A stretch of 64,000 bases of DNA. Source: a virus. The number at the start of each line of letters is the position of its first letter. The stretch's first letter is position 1. Location: positions 7,325 to 71,324 of IMG/VR virus record IMGVR_UViG_3300037245_002727, one strand, 5' to 3'. Shown here one piece after another: positions 10,053 through 17,019 of this stretch. The notes beneath the pieces were generated by a model that was given only the letters and a program-made list of their open reading frames with translations, ran no database searches and had not been told where the DNA came from. A program made the translations under genes and the position numbers.

Positions 10053-10247
10053 TTACTTCTTTTTTTCTTTGGCTTTTTTGTAAATTTGTAATGTTTTTAA
10101 AGACATGTAGATAACTTCTTCAACATCGGTTATGAAGCCACAGACTTGACAAATTTCTTCATCACCTTCTATTATACTGTAACAATGCCCACAAGCATAG
10201 TCATCGTTGGGACTGTCTATAATATGAATTAAGCAAGTTGTTCCCAT
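10053..10247 (-). CDS. Small Zn-ribbon protein (cassette)
   Basis: CGHC...CQVC. Confidence 0.65.
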   Translation of the reverse strand: MGTTCLIHIIDSPNDDYACGHCYSIIEGDEEICQVCGFITDVEEVIYMSLKTLQIYKKAKEKKK

Positions 10248-10339
10248 TTTTAATCCTCCTATTTGGTAGGTACTTCATAATTGAGATACCTGCTGAAGGT
10301 AGACAATCCTTTCAGATTGCCTACCCTGCCCGGTTTCAA

Positions 10340-10546
10340 TTAGTCGTCTGTATCGTCTTCGACGATTTCAATGATGATTCTTTTTGGCATGTTTTTGACT
10401 TTCTCTTTGTCAAAGTAGATGGTGCCAGAGATAGGCTCCGAGTAGTCACCAACCTTAAAACGCGCTTTTCTTTTGGTATCTTTCTCGAAAACTGCTTCAA
10501 CAACCATTTCATCTGATTTCTTTTTACTACTTGCTTTCTTCGCCAT
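10340..10546 (-). CDS. Hypothetical protein (cassette)
   Basis: SD; stop at the repeat end. Confidence 0.7.
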   Translation of the reverse strand: MAKKASSKKKSDEMVVEAVFEKDTKRKARFKVGDYSEPISGTIYFDKEKVKNMPKRIIIEIVEDDTDD

Positions 10547-10641
10547 GATTGAAAATCCTCCAATGTAGTTATAGGCACTTCATAATTGAGATACCTGCCA
10601 GGTAGACAAGTCATATAGACCATTGTCTACCCTGCCCGGTT

Positions 10642-10794
10642 TCAATTGATAATATTAAATAGTTTTGCCATACTGGTATAGTATTCTTTATCAAGTCTAT
10701 ATGTCATAAGTCGATTCCAGCGATACATAACCTTTTCAGCATGGCCGAAGTTGAAGTTAAATCGAAAAATTAAAAGGCAAATAAATAGTTTCAT
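10642..10794 (-). CDS. Hypothetical 50-aa protein (not in ORF track)
   Basis: Hand translation MKLFICLLIF...LFNIIN*; the TGA lies inside the repeat. Confidence 0.45.
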   Translation of the reverse strand: MKLFICLLIFRFNFNFGHAEKVMYRWNRLMTYRLDKEYYTSMAKLFNIIN

Positions 10795-10796
10795 TT

Positions 10797-11000
10797 TTAC
10801 CCCATGTAGTCATTTCGGATGACGTTAATGCCGTGGATGCGTACTCCATGCTTTCTGATATGTCTCTTGAATATCTTGCCATACGGCACCCCTTTATAGG
10901 ATTTCCGTACCATGACGGTTTTGGCATTACTACTGACGATTTCGACAACCCTTGCGATTCCATCAACTCTGGCATGTCCAAATAAAATAGCGGTATTCAT
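10797..11000 (-). CDS. Small basic protein (cassette)
   Basis: Follows the AGGAGGATT leader. Confidence 0.65.
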   Translation of the reverse strand: MNTAILFGHARVDGIARVVEIVSSNAKTVMVRKSYKGVPYGKIFKRHIRKHGVRIHGINVIRNDYMG

Positions 11001-11090
11001 AATAAATCCTCCTATGCATTAGATAACTCATAATTGAGATACCTGCGGAAGGTAGTCAAAGTTTCCCTTGACTACCCTGCCCGGTTTCAA

Positions 11091-11267
11091 TTAGGTTTTC
11101 TTATTTCTTTTCGCCATAAGGAGTACTGTTATCGCATTCAACTCTCGAACAGACATGCGAAGTAATCCACTTTGAGTGTCTACCCATTCACTTCTCTCCG
11201 GTAGATAAGCATTTGGCCGAAGTAGTTCAAGAATATTTTCAATCATTTCCATTTTTCGCTTTCCCAT
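11091..11267 (-). CDS. Hypothetical protein
   Basis: Start MGKRK after GGAGGAG. Confidence 0.6.
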   Translation of the reverse strand: MGKRKMEMIENILELLRPNAYLPERSEWVDTQSGLLRMSVRELNAITVLLMAKRNKKT

Positions 11268-11269
11268 GA

Positions 11270-11437
11270 TTAACTCCTCCATGTAGTTGACTTCATTGCA
11301 TCGACAATTTTACTATCTTCTATAATTGAGTCATCTTGACATTTTGAATCGCTACAAACTGTTTTTCCAGTAGCATATGCAAGATGAATATTTTTACCAG
11401 AGTCAATGAATTCTTTTTTACAGAAGTCACATTTCAT
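11270..11437 (-). CDS. 55-aa Cys-rich protein (not in ORF track)
   Basis: Hand translation MKCDFCKKEF...VCSDSKC...WRS* after the cassette leader. Confidence 0.6.
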   Translation of the reverse strand: MKCDFCKKEFIDSGKNIHLAYATGKTVCSDSKCQDDSIIEDSKIVDAMKSTTWRS

Positions 11438-11532
11438 TTTTTAATCCTCCTATTTGGTAGGTACTTCATAATTGAGATACCTGCGAAAGGTAGTCAAACC
11501 AAATTGCTTCAGCTTGACTACCCTGCCCGGTT

Positions 11533-11682
11533 TCAATTAATCATTTCCCAGAACTTATAAAACAACGCTTTGAAGTCAAACCTTTTTGCGAGGTAGTTAT
11601 AAGTTAAGTTGATGATATCGAGCATTCCAAGTAGTGCAAGGAATGCGATAATAAACATAAGCCATCCGGATAACTGCATCAT
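11533..11682 (-). CDS. 49-aa membrane peptide (not in ORF track)
   Basis: MMQLSGWLMFIIAFLALLGML...; SD GAGGAG; the TGA lies inside the repeat. Confidence 0.5.
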   Translation of the reverse strand: MMQLSGWLMFIIAFLALLGMLDIINLTYNYLAKRFDFKALFYKFWEMIN

Positions 11683-11684
11683 TT

Positions 11685-12011
11685 TTAGACTCCTCTTTTA
11701 TGTTTATGGCAGAAAAGAATATTATTAATCCCGGCTACATGGAATGAATCGTTATAAAGCATTGACTCACCACATTTGCCACAGTTTAACTCGAAGTCGG
11801 TAGTCAATTCACGATTGTTCTCTTGAGTTAAATAAGCGAATTCTTTCAGGCCGCGTTTTACAGGAACTTTAAAATTTTTCGGCGCTGTTTTCCAGGTTTT
11901 GCACTTTCCATTGACTCTCCATCGTTGTGGAGTGCCGTCGGCATTGCATTGAAAGATGTGAAAAATTTCTGTTCCAATTGATAGTGCCATTGCGGTTTCC
12001 TTGTTTATCAT
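11685..12011 (-). CDS. Hypothetical protein with a C-terminal Cys/His cluster (cassette)
   Basis: SD leader; CGKC...CHKH. Confidence 0.7.
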   Translation of the reverse strand: MINKETAMALSIGTEIFHIFQCNADGTPQRWRVNGKCKTWKTAPKNFKVPVKRGLKEFAYLTQENNRELTTDFELNCGKCGESMLYNDSFHVAGINNILFCHKHKRGV

Positions 12012-12086
12012 CTTTAATCCTCCTATATGTAGTATAACACATAATTGTGTTACCTGCCGAAGGTAGTCAAACCGTTTAAAGCTTGA

Positions 12087-12545
12087 CTACCCTGCCCGGT
12101 TATACAATTTAGCGTAATATGCATTTGGAGTGGAGAAGTAAATGTCCCGAGTTCCTTTATAGTAAAAGCCACTTGAGACAGATATTTTTTGCAATTCCGA
12201 AGGCTGAATTCCGACTGCTTCATAATAGCTACCAGACTTTCTATCAGTAGTAACCAAATGATTTTCGAAAGTTAACATTTTGCCTTTCTTGTTTTCTGTT
12301 TGGCCAGTTACTAGGTAGCAGAATTCTAATTCGTCTCTCATTAATCTGTCGTTATGAACTTCTCTCATTCCGTCTAAGAAAGCGGAGATGTGTCGAGGAG
12401 TTCCTTTCGGCAAGTTCTTTTTGATTTCCAAAAATCTCTCATTAATTGTATCTGAAGTCAAATGAGAGAAACGAGCACTTGAAAATAAAGAGTTAACGGC
12501 TGATTTCGCACTTGTCTGGACATTGCTTTGTCTATTATAATTCAT
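12087..12545 (-). CDS. Hypothetical protein reading into variant repeat 13
   Basis: SD leader; the TAG stop lies inside the hairpin. Confidence 0.7.
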   Translation of the reverse strand: MNYNRQSNVQTSAKSAVNSLFSSARFSHLTSDTINERFLEIKKNLPKGTPRHISAFLDGMREVHNDRLMRDELEFCYLVTGQTENKKGKMLTFENHLVTTDRKSGSYYEAVGIQPSELQKISVSSGFYYKGTRDIYFSTPNAYYAKLYNRAG

Positions 12546-12644
12546 TGTAAATCCTCCTATTTGGTAGGTACTTCATAATTGAGATACCTGCGGAAGGTAG
12601 TCAAACTTAAGTACTCGCTTGACTACCCTGCCCGGTTTCAATCG

Positions 12645-13010
12645 TTAAAAAATGTGTACTGTGTACGCCACTTTAATGATTTTTCCATCGGTTTCGATTA
12701 CTCCCATAGCGTCTAAAGTGGCGATAATAACTGAAATATAACCGCCACAAGTAGCTTGCATATCAGGTCCGCCAGATTTGACTCTTAAGTTATTGGCATA
12801 TTTGGCGACTTTGAGCGCGGTGAAACTTTTCATTTGGGAGTAATGTTTGAAGGACTTTGCGACGGCTTCACTCACTGTCAGAACACCGTTGGGCGGAGAG
12901 AAGTAGTTTGAAGATTTCCCAATTTGCTTGTCTGCGACTTTCTCCAACTTCTCGAAAGTTTGCTTCATGGTCGAAAAACTTTTCTCTAATTGTTTGGCTT
13001 CGCTTAACAT
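12645..13010 (-). CDS. Hypothetical protein (cassette)
   Basis: SD leader. Confidence 0.7.
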   Translation of the reverse strand: MLSEAKQLEKSFSTMKQTFEKLEKVADKQIGKSSNYFSPPNGVLTVSEAVAKSFKHYSQMKSFTALKVAKYANNLRVKSGGPDMQATCGGYISVIIATLDAMGVIETDGKIIKVAYTVHIF

Positions 13011-13109
13011 TTTTAAATCCTCCTATTTAAGTTAGATAACTCATAATTGAGATACCTTCGTAAGTAGTCAAACCGTTTAAAGCTTGACTACTCCGAGCCG
13101 GTTTCAATT

Positions 13110-13376
13110 TTAGAAAGTCTTAGACATTTCAAGATTTTTAATTGATAGAGTAAGTTTTTCCCCACAGTCTGAACAAGTACTTTTGGCAGTGTTAACAGTA
13201 GGCCAAACTACCCAATTGACTTCATGGCAACATTTGAGACACCGATGCTCACTTTTATAAACATTATAATCGACGCCAGTTGTCTTCTCGATATAGTTAC
13301 AAGAAAGTTTTTCAGTATTAAGAACTATGCGAGTCATTTTGTTTTTACCCATAGAGATATTCATAACACTAGACAT
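13110..13376 (-). CDS. Zn-ribbon protein (cassette)
   Basis: CLKC...CSDC. Confidence 0.7.
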   Translation of the reverse strand: MSSVMNISMGKNKMTRIVLNTEKLSCNYIEKTTGVDYNVYKSEHRCLKCCHEVNWVVWPTVNTAKSTCSDCGEKLTLSIKNLEMSKTF

Positions 13377-13467
13377 TTTTAATCCTCCTATTTGGTAGGT
13401 ACTTCATAATTGAGATACCTGCTAAAGGTAGTCAAACTATATGTTTGACTACCCTGCCCGGTTTCAA

Positions 13468-13803
13468 TTACTTATAATTTTTAACACCTTTCAGCTTTCG
13501 TTTGGTATTACGACGAATTCTTTTACCTATAAGATCTGTATCAATACCTTTATCTCGAAGGTAGATAAAAAACTGTCGAATTGTTTTACTTCCCTTCATG
13601 GAGTTACATGTTTTACAACATGTTACCAGATTACTTGCTGAGTTATCACCACCAAGTTCTTGAGAGATAATATGGTCGAGAGTTAAAATCGAGTTTTCAG
13701 GAGCATTGCCACAGTAGATACATTTTAAATTGTCTCTTTTGTAGATTGCATGTCTCTTGAGAGTTCGAATCCATTTGCCACCATTATTAGCTATATTAGC
13801 CAT
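13468..13803 (-). CDS. HNH endonuclease (cassette)
   Basis: RD..KCIYCG...TLDHII....GG....NLVTCCKTCN..KG. Confidence 0.9.
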   Translation of the reverse strand: MANIANNGGKWIRTLKRHAIYKRDNLKCIYCGNAPENSILTLDHIISQELGGDNSASNLVTCCKTCNSMKGSKTIRQFFIYLRDKGIDTDLIGKRIRRNTKRKLKGVKNYK

Positions 13804-13889
13804 GATATATCCTCCTATTGGGTACTTCTTAATTGAGATACCTGCTAAAGGTAGTCAAACCTTTTTAAGCTTGACTACCCTGCCCGGTT

Positions 13890-14111
13890 TCAATCTCTAT
13901 CGGTAAACATTCCAGTTGTATAGTTAACAGTTTTGAAGTATATCTTCAAGTTTTCCATATCACTTCCATGGCATTCGTTGGAGAAGGTTGTAAAATCATC
14001 GGCTTCCACTAAGTCTTCAAAAAGCATTATTTTATTATCGTCATCTTTGAGATACTTTTTTAGAGACTTGCCAGTCGTTTTGTATGTCACTATTCTTAAT
14101 ATTCCAAACAT
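13890..14111 (-). CDS. Hypothetical protein (cassette)
   Basis: SD; the TGA lies inside the repeat. Confidence 0.7.
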   Translation of the reverse strand: MFGILRIVTYKTTGKSLKKYLKDDDNKIMLFEDLVEADDFTTFSNECHGSDMENLKIYFKTVNYTTGMFTDRD

Positions 14112-14200
14112 ATTTAACTCTCCTATGTATGAGGTATTCGTAATTGAGATACCTGCGGAAGGTAGTCAAAGTTTCCCTTGACTACCCTGCCCGGTTTCAA

Positions 14201-14503
14201 TTAAATAACTTCGATGATATATCTCATATAATCGTAACCTTGAGTATCGACTAAATAAAACTTATCATCAACTACTAAAATAAACTTTTGGAAACCTGGT
14301 TTGAAGTCAAAGTCCAGAGTTAAATAATTGTGCATGTTGTTATTATCATGCCACAGAACTTCGGACTTAAGTTCAGGAAAGCAATTTAAGTTATAAGGGA
14401 TTTCAGGAACTTCGATGTTTCCAATGTCTTCGATTGTATGAGGTTTATGAGTCATTTCATCCAGGAAGTCAATGTCAGTAACGTTTTGGGGATTCTTTTT
14501 CAT
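14201..14503 (-). CDS. Hypothetical protein, first gene of the array
   Basis: SD AAGGAG; C-terminal VDTQGYDYMRY. Confidence 0.7.
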   Translation of the reverse strand: MKKNPQNVTDIDFLDEMTHKPHTIEDIGNIEVPEIPYNLNCFPELKSEVLWHDNNNMHNYLTLDFDFKPGFQKFILVVDDKFYLVDTQGYDYMRYIIEVI

Positions 14504-14519
14504 TTTTTTCTCTCCTTAT

Positions 14520-15217
14520 TTGTTTGTAGTTAAGTAGCCAACAAGTACTTCAGACATAGTTTCGCAGAGATATCTAATGCTACTGTATATCTCTGAAGCA
14601 CTTAGTAATACTTAACTTCATAGGAGGAGGATTTTTTGTCTGCGAGTTACTTTTTCATGCAATTAGGCAAGTTGTAAGTATTGGAGATAACTTGCAAGCA
14701 AGTACTTTTCACCCGGTATTGTGCTTTATAACTAATCACCTTTATAACGCTCACATGTGAGTTATTTCCCCATTGTAGAATTTTCAATGCGGGAAAGCGT
14801 TTTTAATACCTTGAAAGTATACTTGTCACCAAGTAGCAAGGTAATCAGTAGCACATCGACTTGTGAGCCAAACGCCAACATTTGACTCTTTCACCGTCTT
14901 CAATCATCAACCCTTCGGCTGACTTGCGGTTACTTAGATTACTTAAGTTTTCGAAAGCAGTTTAATCAGAGTTAAGTTGTAAAATCGACGCGGTTCCAAA
15001 TTATCGGTAATCATCAAAAGTGGGAGCGTTGTCAGCCACTATAACTATTTTACGATAATTACTTACTTTCGTAATAAGATTTTTTGTTGCTTAAGGTATA
15101 TTTGGAAACCGTTATTTTGTGACTTGTTATCACTCCAAAGTTTCTTGGGTGATAGAGTAGGTTTCGTCCACTCTGTGGCTACCCCTTCGGCCTATGAATT
15201 GACTGACCGAAGTCAGA
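14520..15217 (-). ncRNA. Candidate large structured non-coding RNA / 5' leader
   Basis: No credible ORF; at least 10 local and long-range helices; a cUUCGg tetraloop at the 5' end on the minus strand (see findings). Confidence 0.55.
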
Positions 15218-15220
15218 CAT

Positions 15221-15248
15221 AAGATAATACGCGAAGGCTTCTTGTCAA
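15221..15248 (-). promoter_or_regulatory. Candidate sigma70 promoter for the ncRNA and cassette array
   Basis: TTGACA-N16-TATCTT on the minus strand, with A-tracts upstream that resemble an UP element. Confidence 0.5.
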
Positions 15249-15639
15249 GTATATATATGGGATTTTTTAATCTTTTTTTAGCCTTCAGGCAAATACCAAG
15301 TGATTTTAGGTACTTACGAAGGCAATTATTTTCTATTTTCAAGTGATAATAATGCTTGGAACCTATACAGACTGACACATGGTGATATAAAAATAGGCCC
15401 AAAAACAGCGGTTTTGTCAAGGTTTATACAAATAGCGCCAGAAATGGAGTTTTAACCGTGATTCAGCCTGAAGCCTTATTCCATAGGCTTTTGGGCAGGA
15501 AATTTATTTTAAATTATTTTGATTTATTTTACGATTTCACGAGATTCGCATTACTTTGGCATATAAATTTCAAAAGTAATGGACTTAGGCTGAATTCAGG
15601 GTAGATGCTTATGTGGTATAGCTTTGGAGGCTGTTTTAA

Positions 15640-15810
15640 CCGCCATAACGGGTATTCTGTTAATTATAGGGGTATTCTACCTGCTATATGCGTATTCTAC
15701 CTGCCACAGCCTATTTTACAGCCATGGTGGTTACGATAGGGGTATTCTATAGCCATGGTGGTTACGACATGCTGTGGTGGTTACGATAGGGGTATTCTGT
15801 TAACGATATG
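15640..15810. repeat. Cluster of short direct repeats (GTATTCT x5, GGTGGTTACGA x3)
   Basis: Seen directly, e.g. GGTGGTTACGATAGGGGTATTCT occurs twice. Confidence 0.7.
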
Positions 15811-15859
15811 CCTTCATAGTAACCACATCACTTGATAATATTGGACTTTCGCAATCTGT

Positions 15860-16200
15860 ATTGAAATTCATATGAATTCATATCATTTGCTAAAACCACT
15901 TGGATATATGCTTATAGGCTTTTAACTGCTTTGACTTCATTTCAATTTTCATTTCATTTCAACTGCTTTTATTTACTCGAATGTTATTGCCAGGTTGTTT
16001 AACCTTTCAAAGCGATTGAATTCATTTCAATTTGAAAGTCATAATGAAAAATTGAAGTGTAGGTTGCTTACTGGTATACTTATAGGCTTCATTTCATATG
16101 AATTCATATCATATCATTTCAATTGCTTTTAATACATATATGCACTGCTATAGCATACACATTGTTTTTAACTCTTCATTTCATTGGCTTTCATATGACA
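15860..16200. repeat. AT-rich TTTCA / TTCATATGAATTCATATCAT repeats
   Basis: Multiple TTTCA units; TTCATATGAATTCATATCAT occurs twice. Confidence 0.6.
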
Positions 16201-16434
16201 TGAAGGTTTGAAAGTAACTTCATAGCACTCTCGTTTGGGTATTCTCTCATAGAGTAAAATGAGACAAAAAGGGGAAGGGCAGTTGGTTTGCCTATAAACA
16301 GATAGACAAGCTTTGCTCAAAAACCTGTAGAGACATAGCAGTGAAGGCGACTTGATAAGAGGGAAGGAGTATGCTACAATTGACTCTCTTAAATCAATTG
16401 TTTCAATACTTAACTTTAACAGATAGGAGTTATC

Positions 16435-17019
16435 ATGGCGCAAAGATTACAATTTAGAAGGAAGCATAAGCGAGTTAATAACTTGTCGAGGAGTTATAAC
16501 AAGCGAGGGTTTCGTGAAGGCAAGTTAACTAATGCGGTTAGACGGTCAATCTTCGAGGCGGTTAGAATTGGTATGACTGAGTATCGAGCAGCCGAAATGG
16601 CAGGCATAACAAAGAAGACATTTGGTAAATGGTTAGATAGGGGGAGGCGAGAGAAACGAGGGAAGTATCACAACTTTCGTAAGAACCTGAAAATGATTAG
16701 TAAGAGTAGAGAGCATGAAGCACTTGAAGTCATTCGCAAGTGCGGGACAGGTATGTATACAGTAGTCGAAAAGAAGATAAAGACTTCAGGTGTAGGTACG
16801 TTAAAACAGACAGAAGTAGAAGTAAAAGAGAAAGTAATACTACCACAATGGCAAGCCCATGCGTGGTATCTTGAGAGGCTTCATAAGGAAACATATGGGA
16901 AGGAAGCAGTACTTGATGAAGCTACTCCAGAAGAGAGAGCACGAACAATTAATCAACTAGTTAAAGCAATGGATTTGAGCGTCCCAGCACCACGCGGAGG
17001 TAATGATGGAGATAGCTAA
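16435..17019 (+). CDS. Terminase small subunit
   Basis: HTH-like AAEMAGITKKTFGKW, WQAHAWYLER motif; immediately upstream of TerL. Confidence 0.75.
   Translation: MAQRLQFRRKHKRVNNLSRSYNKRGFREGKLTNAVRRSIFEAVRIGMTEYRAAEMAGITKKTFGKWLDRGRREKRGKYHNFRKNLKMISKSREHEALEVIRKCGTGMYTVVEKKIKTSGVGTLKQTEVEVKEKVILPQWQAHAWYLERLHKETYGKEAVLDEATPEERARTINQLVKAMDLSVPAPRGGNDGDS

Larger units (their letters stand above)
4613..14203 (-). repeat. Array of 18 conserved imperfect-palindrome repeats separating gene cassettes
   Basis: Plus-strand consensus TAATTGAGATACCTGC-N1-4-(A)GGTAG(T/A)CAA-loop(8-16 nt)-TTG(A/T)CTACCCTGCCCGGTTTCAAT(TA). Copies: 4613-4683, 5204-5265, 6268-6335, 6544-6611, 8261-8329, 8609-8673, 9500-9562, 9990-10055, 10278-10342, 10583-10648, 11031-11093, 11469-11539, 12042-12110, 12576-12643, 13044-13110, 13407-13470, 13830-13895, 14141-14203. 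Confidence 0.97.

Noticed and set aside
6099-13641. ORF-track entries that start inside repeats (MTTLPGFN, MTTFRRYLNYE, MVYMTCL, MFDYPARFQL)
   Set aside because: These are translations of the repeat itself; the likely true starts follow the GGAGG leaders.
4613-14203. CRISPR array
   Set aside because: The intervening segments are 200-1650 bp, contain intact SD-led genes and vary widely in length; no cas genes are present.
4613-14203. Canonical integron attC sites or Xer dif/pdif sites
   Set aside because: No RYYYAAC/GTTRRRY cores and no intI. CATAA resembles a XerC arm, but the XerD arm TTATGTTAAAT is absent.
4613-14203. Repeats as simple sigma70 promoters or intrinsic terminators
   Set aside because: TTGACT and TTGAAA are not followed by a good -10 at 16-18 nt, the TTGACT hexamer varies (TTGTCT) in step with pairing, and no U-tract follows the stem. 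A phage-specific promoter cannot be excluded.
14520-15217. Group I/II intron, tRNA or hammerhead ribozyme
   Set aside because: I could not find convincing P7 (R/S), domain V, cloverleaf or CUGANGA motifs by eye, and no gene is interrupted.
15130-16443. ORFs 15130-15420 and 16168-16443
   Set aside because: No SD or recognisable motifs; they overlap promoter or structured non-coding DNA.
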